Part shown: positions 13,766 to 25,845 of the stretch, piece by piece
Numbering within the stretch: the first letter of the stretch is position 1
How the letters are laid out: each line of letters starts with the position of its first letter
Origin: Eledone cirrhosa
Lineage: Eukaryota
Length of the DNA: 64,000 nt
Assembly (NCBI GenBank): GCA_964016885.1
Contig: OZ024741.1
Span: forward strand, 310,868,001-310,932,000
Direction of reading: 5' to 3'
The notes under the pieces: model-generated
Told to the model about the DNA's origin: nothing
The model's database searches: none
What the model saw: only the letters and a program-made list of their open reading frames with translations
Position numbers and translations under genes: made by a program

Positions 13766-13950
13766 TGTTACTACTTTAGGCACAAGGCCAGCAATTACCC
13801 AGTGCATTACTGGTACTTTATTTTAGCGACCCCGTAAGGATGAAAGGCAAAGTCAACCTCGGCAGGATTTGATCTCAGATCGTAAAGGGACGTAACTATG
13901 CTGGAAAGCATGGCGTCCGACCCTCTACTGATGCTGCCAATCCACCGCCC
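13766..13950 (-). mobile_element. tRNA-derived SINE with 18-bp target site duplication
   Basis: TSD tatatattaattcataat at 13748-13765 and 13951-13968; A-box/B-box-like head; same family at 41898-42077 and 18748-18945. Confidence 0.9.
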
Positions 13951-14000
13951 TATATATTAATTCATAATATTAACAAAATAGATATTCTTGTGATAAATTA

Positions 14001-14067
14001 TATTTTATTATATATATTTCAGAGGTACTGAGTTATGGTCAACAGTACGTCTTCATCAGATAAAATA
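14001..14067 (-). ncRNA. Minimal type I hammerhead ribozyme motif
   Basis: Minus strand tattttat-CTGATGA-agac-gtactg..cagtac-ctct-GAAA-tatatata-ataaaata; stems I and II pair, stem III palindromic. Confidence 0.8.
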
Positions 14068-16480
14068 AGATGATGCATGACATACCCTGACAAAGTAGAT
14101 GGTTAACATTCAGTCATGGTAGTGATTAACATATGACAAAACTCAATATTTATATCCTAATATTGAGAACATGAGATAACATAATACAAACAATAGAGAG
14201 GGTGCGTGCAATACAGCTTAAATGATACATGGCATCAATATAACAGCTAAAAATATAAAAAAAAAACTACTGGAGAAAGAGGAGGGAAAGGAAAGCATAC
14301 AGGAAAAAGCCAAAAATTTAAAACACTCGATCTTTTAGATGAAGCTTTGTAATAGTAAAATATATACGAACTCCTTTATATCAACTAACTGCAACCTCTG
14401 CACAAAGGAGACCCTATTAATAAATACTAATTATGAAAACCTAATTAATAAAAAAAGTGAATTATTCTCAAACTGCCTTCACAAAGCTTTGTCTACATTC
14501 CAAGCCTCGCAAAAAGTCAGGAAAAAACACTAAACAACCAGGCTTTAATTTTTGACGTCTCTTATCAACTGTTGGGCCTAAAAAGTCATAACGGTTAATA
14601 AAACTTTAATAATACTTTATCTTCTAATCATTTATGATAGAATTAATGTTCGAATGAAGGATACTATTTTGATAACTTGTTTACTTGATAAATATGCATA
14701 CCTTATGGTTTTCTTTAGATATTTATTCAGATCTTTATTTATATGTCTCTGTTTTAAATATATAATTTGGATATTTATCTTGTAAATTTATTGATTATAA
14801 TTGAACTGTGGATCATTTATGCGTTTGCATATTTTACATATTTTACTCAATTTGAGTATGTCATTTGGGACTCAGAAAGTTAGATTTGCATTTATTTATT
14901 TTTTTATATATATCTAGGTATAAATATAACAAACCATAATAGTCGACAAATATGGGTCTCTCTCTCCACTGAACTGGAGGTAAAACTACAATTATAGCAT
15001 TACTAATAATGATTATAATTTTTTTTTTATTAAATGTATACCGTTTCATTAATACCTATAATAATATCTCTATATAGTTGTACAAATATCTTTATCTTGT
15101 GTAATAACATACACGTAGTTACATTTATAAATAATTTAGACACTCAAATGACTCTATATTGTTATAAGTGTTTGATATTCCCTGGAAGTTCGAATTTATA
15201 TAATGATTTTTACTTAATATAACATAATTTAATTTAACTTATTTTATTTTAATTAAATTTACATTACCTCCGGCTTTTTCAAATATTTAGCTCCTCTTTC
15301 TATCACATTCGCTAGCATATTTTAGATGTATCTTTTGTCTACTATATTAAAACTCTATTACATTTATAATATATTTTTAATATTTGGCATCTTTAAGCAA
15401 ACAATTTCGCAAACAATTCGCAAACAATTCATTATCTTTTATTTGTATATTTATTTTGTATCTAGTCCCTATCATTAGAACTCATATAGTTTTGACTTAT
15501 ATGTTTATAGTATATATCAACTAAATGAAAATAATTGATATAAAACATAATTTTTTTAGCAATATTTTTTAACACTATTTTTTAACTATATATATTGTTT
15601 GAACAATATTTTCAGTAAATTATTTACTATATTATATTATTGTATTATATTATATATATTTGAAAGGTATAACCTCAATTATAAACAAATAATAAACTAT
15701 AATCCTTGTATATGTTTTGATCAACACATATATATAATTAAAATTTCAGACATCATTTAGTTTAGTTATAAGGCCGGTTGATCCTTTAGGCACTCAAACT
15801 ATTTAACAATAGATTCTTTAATAATTATAACTATAATTATTTTACAAATTATATTATATAAACTGTTATTAATATTATAAATAATTTTGGTAAAGATTAC
15901 CTTCGTGAGGGTATAAAAGCATTATATATTTTCTTTCCCGTGTTTCGTAAATCCTTTAAATTTGTTTTCATAAAATTTAGAAATTAAACATAATTATAAT
16001 ATTAATACAAATACCTATTAACTTTTAAAACCTAAAATATTATTCATAACTCTGAAATAACTTAAATTAAATATTTTGAATATTAACGGGCAACTATATT
16101 AATTTGGATATATGTTGCATATATGGAAAACTGTAAATAAACTTCAACATAAATTACTCCCCTTTGTCTCTCTCTCTCTCTTTAATCATCTTTCATTTGT
16201 TTTTTCGACCCACCTATTAAAAATATTATCACATCAGCTGTTTCTTCCTCTATGCTTTCCTTTCCCTCCTCTTTTTTCAGTAGCTTTTAAAAATAATTTG
16301 TTAACTGTTATATTGATGCAATGTATTTTTTAAGCTGTATTACACGCACCCTCTCTATTGTTTGTATTATGTTATCTCATGTTCTCAATTAGGGTATAAA
16401 TATTGAGTTTTGTCATGTGTTAATCATTACCATCACTGAATCTTAACCATCTAATATGTGAGGTTATGTCATGCATCATC

Positions 16481-16549
16481 ATATTTTATCTGATGAGGAC
16501 GTACTGTTCAAATTAACTAAGTACCTCTGAAATATGCATAATAAAATAT
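16481..16549 (+). ncRNA. Minimal type I hammerhead ribozyme motif
   Basis: atattttat-CTGATGA(16490-96)-gtac..gtac-GAAA(16529-32)-tatgcata-ataaaatat. Confidence 0.78.
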
Positions 16550-16863
16550 AATTGATCACAAGAATATCTATTTTGTTAATATTATGAATTAATATTAATA
16601 ACTCTGGAAAACCTTGCTTGTTGAGTGCTTCTAATCTATTGTAAAACTCATTCTTTGATGTATTCATTGAACCTTGTTTAACCTTTAAATATATATATAT
16701 ATATTAGTAAAAGGAAAAGAAAATGCTGACAAATCACATGCAGCGTGAAAATGGAAATGAATTATATATTGGAGCATCTATGTACAACAATAATAACTAA
16801 GTGAGAAACTGCTTAATTTAACGATACTGATAATTATAGTTGGTAGATGGTGGAGGTGGTGCA

Positions 16864-17889
16864 TTAGTTGTTTTTTCCAGGAGGCGGAGGAGGGGGTTGC
16901 TGAGAACTACCACTTGGTTGGTTCTGCATCCACTGACTGTACATAAAAGCCATATTTTGTAAGTTTTGCAAACTCTGTGCACCAGTTCCACTAGCTGCAG
17001 TAGCATTTTGTTGAGTAGTACTTGCCGATTGTGTTGGAGGAGGTGGTGGAGCAGCTCCATAACCATTCATCTGGTAAGAGTTCTGTGGCTTTTGAGACCC
17101 ATACTGTTCAGGTGCTTGTACAGCTTGTGAATTATTCTGAGTGTTATAGTTTGAGTTATTTTGAGTAGGATAACTGGCATTTTGAGATGGATAATTAGAT
17201 TTAGGAACCACATTGCTACCAGTATTATAATTAGGTTTTGAATGTATTCCATAACCACCGGTCTTGATCCCTACACTAGCGCCATAACTGACTACACTAT
17301 TTTGGTTAAAATTACCAGAGTTAGCTGAAAATCGATTTCTTTCAGAACTACCACCTGGCTTAGACCCAAATGATCCTCTAGACTGAGTACCAGCCCCATA
17401 ATTTCCTGAACCCGAAGACCCATAGCCTCCACAAGAACCACCTCCACGATAACGGCCACTACCATAGCTGCTCCCACGAGAACCACCTCCACGATCACCA
17501 CGGCTGCCACTAGATCCAAAGCGGCCACCACTTCCATCATCTCTATCCTTGCCACCTCTGTAGCGACTGCGTCCTTTTCCAAATATTCCTCTTGCACTCT
17601 CTGCCAATTGCATTAATTTAGGATTGATGACTTGGTTAGCTTCTTTAAGCACAGACATAAGGTCTTGTGCTTGTTTCATATTAGCAGGAGTGAAGAAAGT
17701 GTACGCAGTGCCAGTATTGTTGCTGCGAGTAGTTCGCCCAATACGGTGAACATAGTCTTCTGACGTGGCCGGGTAGTCAACGTTTATCACAAATTTAATA
17801 TCATCCACACCTAAGCCTCTAGATGCAACATCAGTAGCAATCATAATTGGTATGCTTCCTGTTCTGAATTCACTTAGCACCCAGTCCCT
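16864..17889 (-). pseudogene. DDX5/DDX17: 5'-truncated intronless retrocopy of DEAD-box helicase p68/p72 (C-terminal half + RGG/QN-rich tail)
   Basis: [54 protein letters not shown]; no motifs I-IV; in-frame TAG just upstream; (TA)n on both flanks. Confidence 0.85.
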
Positions 17890-18061
17890 CTATATATATA
17901 TTTATTAAAATAACAGATTAAAGTTTAAGCAAACAATCGCTGCTTTCACCCCAAACGGGATCTTCTGAAACTAACGAAGTCCATTTGCTCTACGGTTCTT
18001 ATATATTTGAAATATATTTAGCCCTCTTTGGATTTTAGTCTTCAAATTTATTATTACTATA

Positions 18062-18093
<32 letters not shown>

Positions 18094-18747
18094 CATACAT
18101 ACATACCTACTGACTAATACCTCGATTAACTCCAAGTCAACTATTATTTTGGACCTCTAGTGTTAGGTTGGAGGATCAGGTATGACAGTATTAATGAAAA
18201 TTAGAAAAATATTTGAGGACAGACACGTAATTAAAGTATTCAATAAGTGAATAAGATAACAAATGACCTTTTATCTTACCAGCTGCTAAAGTTGACTGCC
18301 ATGTTAATAATTTAATAAATCCAGCAATAGAAAGGCAGGACATTGCAGGCCGAGTTAAATTATAAATCGAAAGTGAGGAAAATTCAGCTGTTTTATATTT
18401 TGTCACGACGTTGCTGAGGGAATTATCGTTAGCGTTAAGTGTCACGAGGCGGCGTGTGCACCCTTTGTGCTAAACTTCAGTAGATTACTCATGTTCTATT
18501 TCACTATATGATATGTTTATGAGGTGATGACTGTTTTAGATTTAGTGTTATACATATATTTATTTATTTATTGATACAGAATGGGAAAAGAAATAATCTC
18601 GGCATTTTCAGTTCTCTCGTAGTGGACGAAACTGAGAGGAAGAAAGAGTAGAGATGTATTTTCCAGACATGACCCGAATAGATCCAAACCACTTAAATCT
18701 GGTAAAGGTGCACAAATATTAGATGGTGATGTTACACTATACATAAT

Positions 18748-18945
18748 TGTTTCTACTTTTGGCACAAGTCCAGCGTTTACCCAGTACATTACTGGTACTT
18801 TATTTTTATTTTATCGACCCCGTAAGGATGAAAGGCAAAGTTAACCTCGACGGGATTTGAACTCAAACTGTTACACTATACATAATTGTTTCTACTTTAG
18901 GCACAAGGCCAGCAATTACTCAGTGCATTACTGGTACTTTATTTT
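18748..18945 (-). mobile_element. Two tandem truncated SINE copies
   Basis: ggcacaagg..ctggtactttattt..gaccccgtaaggatgaaaggcaaag shared with 13766-13950. Confidence 0.8.
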
Positions 18946-18990
18946 ATACATAATGACAATCTTTCTGTTTCAGGGAACGGTTATTATTAT

Positions 18991-21900
18991 TGGCCGTACA
19001 TGTGTGGAAACGTTACAAGTCTGCGGGAGAAAAGGTTTGTAATTTTAAACAGTTTTAAAATATTATTTTGTGTATTTTCTTGACGATAACGGTGCATAAG
19101 GTACCCACTCTGCTTCGAAGGAGAGGAGACTTCTCAATATTCGGGCTTTAAGCCCGAATGTTCGGATTTATTAAAAAAAAACTTTGAAAATGTCACCCCC
19201 TCAAAAACATGGACAATTTCGACCTTCATAACTTACAGATCAAAAGGTCAAAAACAGCGACTAGAGCTCCCACTACTACTACTACTAATCCTACCATAAA
19301 CATGTGCGATATGTCTGTTGTCAACCCTACTGAACAAGACAAGGGTGCGGTTAACAACACAGTATCGACTCCAGCCGACATCACCACCATCACAACAACA
19401 TCCAAGAAAAACAACATCAACAACTTCAATATAAACACTAATAACAGTAGCAGCAGCAACAACAAACAAAGCAACAACAACAGCATGAACGACAACACCA
19501 ACAACAAGAGCAATAATGAAAGCAACAACAAGCTCAACGGCTGTACCACATTTGCAGCGGCCGAAGCCAAAACAAGGCGCTTTATTAACGTGGATATCCG
19601 CGATAAGGAACGACAGTTGGCCCAAGTGTGGAAACTGATTAAATGCGAGAAGTCCTGGGCCAACCTAACCATCACGGACGAGGCAATAGCAGCTATGCAA
19701 AAGAGGACGGTATACTTTCGATGCATTTCAGTGCAGACTCGCAAAGTGATATTCGCCAGTCAGGCAGAAGTCGAGGCTGCTTTGGAATTCATCAAGAGTG
19801 ACATTGAGTACAAAGCAAGGACCAAGCAGTTCGTTACCACCTCGGTACTGTTCAAAACCGAGGCCCTTGCTATTAAGTTTTCCGTGACCTCCTGCAGAAC
19901 AGAACGCATTATTATGCACCCGTCCTACATGGGAAAAGGACATCAACGATCCGCATTCCTAGCATCCCACCAGGAATGAACATATGGTGGTTCTTGGGAT
20001 GCGTAATCGTGGAGGGCACAAACACTACCCTCCTAGATATTAAAAAGACGCAGAGAGAGGATTGGCCCTGAATGGATTTGGAGATTCTTCTCCAAATGAA
20101 AGCAGAGGACCTAAACAACATCCCGGATGTTGCCCGCCTGCAGGACGGGATAACGATTCAATTAATCACCGAGTGAAGTAGGCCACACTGATTCATCTGC
20201 GGGGAAGCAAAGCATCTACAAGCCTTCTGCCCTCAGAAAAAACGGAAACCTCCTTTACTGCCAACGCTGGTGTCGACAGGGAAAGTTCCATCACCACCAC
20301 CAACAACAACACCAACAATGACACAGCAAAAATAGCCAGATCACCACCAACAGCGAAACCAACCCAAGGGAAAAGCGAGGAAAACTCTCCCACTCCCATT
20401 ACCCCTCAAAATATACACATGGACAAAACCAAAAACACACACACAGACACAGATACACTCACAGCCACATACCCTTTGTCTTCCAGTAGTGAAGATGAAG
20501 GAAAACCAAAAAGTGCCAAATTTGTGATCTGTATAGTCGACCTAGATAAAAGGCTTAGGTTAGGACCTGGTTACTGGAAGCGGAACATCTCATTTCCGAC
20601 AAGTAAGGCTTATAGGGTACGTAAGGCCTACAGTCCGGCACGTGAGGCTTACAGTCAACAATTTAGTTAAGCAAAAGTTGAGAGGGGGGGATCACCAACA
20701 ACAGATGGTGGGGGGTTGTCAAAAGAGAGATTAGAGTAACTTTGATAAGGTTTAGCAAAGAAGTAGCGTTAGAGAAAAATAGAAAGGAGGGGGAGTTAGT
20801 AGATAAGTTAGACGAGGCTATTTGTGGTGGCATTGCAACGGGCATTTTAGCGGCGAGAATTGCATTAGACCATTTCTACAATGCGAAACACGAATGTTGC
20901 ATTGTCAGAGCTAAGGCGCGTGCTCTGAGAAACGAGGCAACCAAAGCTGTTCGATGGGCCCACGTGGCGGAGGCGCAGCGTGGTAATAAAACCACAATTC
21001 GGTCTTTGACGGACCGAGAGGGACACGAGATAAGCGATTCTAAGCGGAAGTGTGAGGCCTTTCACCAGCACTTTGCTCGGTTGTTCGGGGAGAGTAGCGG
21101 GTCAGAGACAGTAGCGGACTTTAGTCCCTACCTTCACATCTTGCCGCGCATCTCGATGGATGAGGCCGAGTGCTGCGAAAGGCCGATTACTTCAGACGAA
21201 ATTCAGGACGTCCTTGTCGGCTGCACGAGACACAAGCCACCCGGTTTGTATGGTCTGCCCTATGAGCTTTACGTAAATATGCCAGACTTGTTCTCCGATC
21301 TCCTCGAAACGCTCTACTGCAACTGGAAGCAGAATGGGAGCATTCCCAGTTCTGTGAGCAGGGGAGTGGTGACTGATAAGGAAAGACGAGAACAAGAGTA
21401 ATACATGCAGGCCCATAACTCTGCTCAACACAGAGTTTAAGATTTGGGCCAAGGTGCTAGCAAAGATGTTAGTGCTTTTCGTCGAAGATTTGGTTGGGGA
21501 GGCGTAAATTTGCACAATCCCAACCAGGTCCATCCATGACAACCTTCACCTCATGCGATACATCATAGAGAGGGTAGGCTGCAAACCTGGCTTGGGTGGG
21601 GTACTGATCAATTTAGATCAATCGAAAGCATTCTATAAGGTCGATCATCGGTACCTGGAGGTTGTCCTCAAGGCAGGTGGCTTCGGCCCCGTCTTCAGAA
21701 GCTGGATCACTGCAATGCACATCGGCATCTGCTCGGTGGTCAAGGTTAATGGCCACCTCTTGGAACCGTTTCAGGTCTCCAGATCGGACCGTCATGGGTG
21801 CCCTCTCTCTTCCCTTTTGTACGTATTGATGATTCTCGAGCCTATACACTGGAAGCTGGAGCTGTTGCAGGGCATCCCTCTCGAACCGGGACGCGGAAAT

Positions 21901-23230
21901 GCTGTGTCGGCTTATTCGCACGACATCACTGTGATGGTGTCGGACACCTCGGAAATCGAGGTGGTCGGCATATTATTGAAGGAATATGAAAGGTTGACGG
22001 GAACGAATCTTAATCCGGAAAAGAGGGTGAGCTTGCAGCTCGGCACCTGGAGAGGCAAGTCCACACCGTCTAACAGTGTCGTGGGGTGCTGGACGCACGG
22101 ACTGGTAAAATTGATCGGAGTTTGGTTCGGACCAGACCTCCAGGTGGAAAAGAATTGGGACGAGGTAACAAGCAGGGTAGCCAGTCTCACCTAGAAGTGT
22201 GCTGCGAGGATGCTATCACTGAAAGGTCGCGCGGAGGTAGTGAATGCGTAATTCGCGTCCGTGATCTACCGCCTGAACGTCGTGCCTTTCCCCCGTTCGC
22301 GCATTGCCAAGTTGGAACGGCTCCTCTCCAAATTCTTGTGGAGGCGACAAGTCATGTTGGTGATCCGGTCCATCTGCTGCCAGCAACCTCTACGTGGAGG
22401 CTTGGGCATGCCGTGGCTAATGACGCGCAGTCATGCGCTGAGGCTGTGGAATCGCCAGATATTCTGCCTAAACGATGAATAGAGGTGGTCGCTGTTTATT
22501 AGACAGGCCTTTCCGCAGCTCGTCTCTTTGACTGAGCTGCAGTCCTGGCTCAAGAACAGACCAAGACTGGGTGACTGGAATGTTTCCAGGCACTCATTGC
22601 CTTCTTCCAAGCGGGCAATTCGAATAGTGGAACTCCCACTCTCGAGTTCTATAGAGGATTAGTGGTGGGTAAGTACCACGACACACTCAGAGAGGCTCTG
22701 GCTTAGCCGAAATCAAACTGACCAGCGTGTTCCGGAGGACTTTTGAGCCGGGGACGATGGATAACTCTCAGAAATTCCTCGCTTGGCAGTGCTACCGGGG
22801 GGCACTGCCGGTTCGAGATAAGCTCTACAGGCACTGAAGTGCTCTCAGACGGATCTGCCCGAGATGCGCACAGAGCGACGAAACCGTTCTGCACGCACTT
22901 GTCCAATGTCCAAGCATTACTAACTCGTGGAATTATGGCGAACTGCGGTGGATGCGTGTAGAACGGGTCCGGCTATCGGCCGTGTCCATAGTGAAGATCG
23001 ACCCGCCGCTTTCTTTTGGCCAGGAAGAGCAGGCAATTTTCCTCTGTCAGGTGGCAGTTACGAAAGAGGTTGTATGGTTGACCAGATTGAAAGGACTGAA
23101 GACAGGCACTTTTATCTTCGGCCAATCCCGCATCAACTTCTTCAAGTTTCACCTGAAAAGGAAGGTGAGGGTGGAGAGAGAAGTGATGCCCCCCCCCCCA
23201 GTAGATTTGCTAAAAGGTGGAGGAATGCAA
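18991..23230 (+). mobile_element. Tx1-clade LINE (subfamily B): 5' UTR, Asn/Thr-rich ORF1 from 19209, most of EN deleted, RT decayed
   Basis: GPGYWK, INLDQSKAF, GCPLSSLLY, GVWFGPD; preceded by ttattattatt. Confidence 0.85.
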
Positions 23231-24700
23231 AAACATCACAGCTTCTCACTCCAAAAGCGAAAGCAAAGGGTAAAGGCTGCATGGAGAGATGCAGCAACAC
23301 CAGCTCCATCACCATCACCACCACAAGCATCACCACCAGCAACAACCATAACACCACCAGCAACACCAAAAACGCTAACATAAAAAACATAGCAAAGCGC
23401 ACACACCCAACTGCAACTACAAGAAAACAGCACCCCCTCCCCGCAAAAAAAGGTACACTGGCATAAACATTGCACACAAAGGATTAATGGAACATATAAA
23501 ACAGCACACAGTTACTACACCCCACCAACACCAAGAACATTACCAACAAATATTACAATTGTCGAAATTAAACCTGATGACTATAAACAATTAAAACAAA
23601 AACTTTCCCAACTGCGTTGGGGATTTCATGGAGTCACTACTCAAAAGAATCTATACAGATATCGTCTTGGAGACACCCATGACCAGCCGAAGGGACGATT
23701 CTAATGTCCCTTCGCCACACGATCAAGGTAAGAGATCCTTTCTCACTTACCCCGTTCCTCACCCATATGGCCGTACGCTGAATATGCAGTGTAAATGTAC
23801 GTGGCCTGGGGTCATCTTGGAAGCAGGTCACTTGCACAACGATCTAAGGTCACTAAACATAGATGTGGTGGCCGTCAGTGAGACCAGAATCTCCGAAGCA
23901 CGAGACTTCGCACCGATAGTCGGCTGCTACGATATATACGCATCTCCCAGCCGTCCAGGATCGGAGATGCAGGAGATGCTGTCAATCGAGCCTGTCCGAG
24001 ATGCACGCAGGGTGACGAAACTGTGCTGCATGCACTCGTTCTGTGCCCGAGGATTGCTGACTTGGGGAGCTATGTCGAACAGCTGCTGTCGCGTGTAGGA
24101 CGGGTCCGGTTATCGACTGAGTCCATTGTGCAGATAGCCCCGCCATCCTCCTTTAAAGAGGAGGAAGGGCAGCCAGTTTTCATCTGCCTGGTGGCCAAGG
24201 TTGAAAGGGTTGAAGACGGACACTTTCCTCTTCGGCGAATCATTGATTATCATTTTCATGTTTCACTTGAAGAGGAAAATCAGGGTGGAGAGGCAAGTGC
24301 TGTCTTCTAGCAAGTTTGTTGAAAGGTGGGTGAATGTAGCGAGAAAGTTCCGAGTGGACGGGACCGCTCTGAATATACGCTTGTAGTTTGAGGAATGGGA
24401 AAAAACTGAGAAAGGATGCTTGCCCTGGTGGTCAGGTTTGTCGTGGTCTTTTGTGTGGTACTCGCCTCGTGTAACCCTCGGAGGTTTCCCCCATATTGGG
24501 GAATTTTTCATTGATTGGATTTTCATCTTTATTGTTTATTTATATATATATATTTCTATGTATTGTTTTTCTTTTTCGTTTCTTATATAAATAATAAAAA
24601 TCTTTACACGCACAAAACCCACATCGTACCGTCCTGTACCGTCCTGTGCCGTCTGTAATGTTTTTGTTGATGTCAGCCCTTGTGACCAATAAATAAATCA
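23231..24700 (+). mobile_element. Tx1-clade LINE (subfamily C), ~2.8 kb internal deletion
   Basis: EN start (DVVAVSETRI) joined near 23965 to the C-terminal Cys region; longer version at 48099-52140; (ATT)n tail. Confidence 0.85.
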
Positions 24701-24717
24701 TTATTATTATTATTATT

Positions 24718-25845
24718 GGCGACCTACGTAGGAAATCGTATTATCGTGAGCTCCACAAAGGTTTGTTGTTTTCAGTTGTTTCAAATTGCCAGTTATGGAA
24801 AATGTTTGTGTTTATAAGTGTTTATAAGTTCACATATATTGATATCTAAAAAGGACACTCAATAATATTGGGGCCCTTGAGCCCCAAATTAAAACTTTAA
24901 TTTATCAAACAAAGTATTTCTTTAAAAAAAAAACATCGACGACAGATCTCCTGTTTTTAACAGACCCCCTCCCCTCCCCCACCATTGTAAAGCTTGCCAC
25001 GGTTGCCAACACTGAAAATATAATTAATAGCAGCCTCAATTATTTAAATTTGCCGCATCCAGACATGGATTTCCCGTCAATACTAATAGCTGCAGGTGTT
25101 AAAGCCGCCACCCCACCTTCACAATGTCAAAAACAACAACCAACACCACTGATAACACCAAAAAAGAACCCCAAAAATAAAAAAATCCCCTTCCTTCGCC
25201 CCACAAAATGCAGGGGGAAACAAATAAGCAAACAAACAAAAAGGTTAAGACAGCTATACAACCACCCACACCAGCATCACCAGCCCCATCACCACAAACA
25301 CCAACATCATGACCACCATCATTAACCCCACAACCACCATCACCAACACCACAAAAATCAACAAAAAGCGAAACAGAAACAAACACACAGTAAACGCAAA
25401 CAAAACAAAACAATCATAACGATGCACACTATACAGCATTAAATTTGAACAATAACCAATTATTTCACTACATCCAACACAACACCAGCATCACAAAAAA
25501 GACTACACAACACCCCAAAAGTTCACACCACCTCCACACATACAAATCACTCGCATCACACAGAAAACGTACACGATACTAAAACAATAGTTCCCCAAGG
25601 ACATGGGATTCTTCGACAAACACTCTCCAGCAGGATTTATAAGGACATCCTTCCGGAGGAGGCCACAATCAGTGAGAAAGATGGAAAAACCATCCTTCCT
25701 CTACGAGATGTGAAGTCAGTGATCTTTCTATCTTTTTCCACTCCTTTTCAACATGACCTCACTCAGAATAGGCAGCTTAAATGCGCGTGGCCTGGGGACG
25801 TCATGGAAGCAGGGCCACCCGCTCAACGACCTCAGGTCACTAAAC
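24718..25845 (+). mobile_element. Tx1-A 5' UTR, ORF1 remnant and ORF2 start, fused by deletion to Dong-A
   Basis: 25302-25845 matches 1-546. Confidence 0.85.

Larger units (their letters stand above)
13951..16690 (+). mobile_element. Penelope-like element remnant with inverted pseudo-LTRs
   Basis: ~360-bp inverted repeat (13951-14310 vs 16241-16598); GIY-YIG C-terminal remnant CNLCTKE..LINKKSELFSNCLHK at 14339-14533; hammerhead motif in each arm. Confidence 0.8.

Noticed and set aside
16864-17889. Functional DDX5/17 gene
   Set aside because: Motifs Q to IV are absent, no upstream exons were found in the window, and conserved motif residues are substituted.
17935-17972. Hammerhead-like motif on minus strand next to the DDX5 copy (CAGAAGA..GAAA)
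   Set aside because: Core U4 is mutated and stems I and III do not pair convincingly.
18191-18789. Possible additional minus-strand exons
   Set aside because: No recognisable domain, no convincing acceptor/donor pair, and no paralog in the other units.
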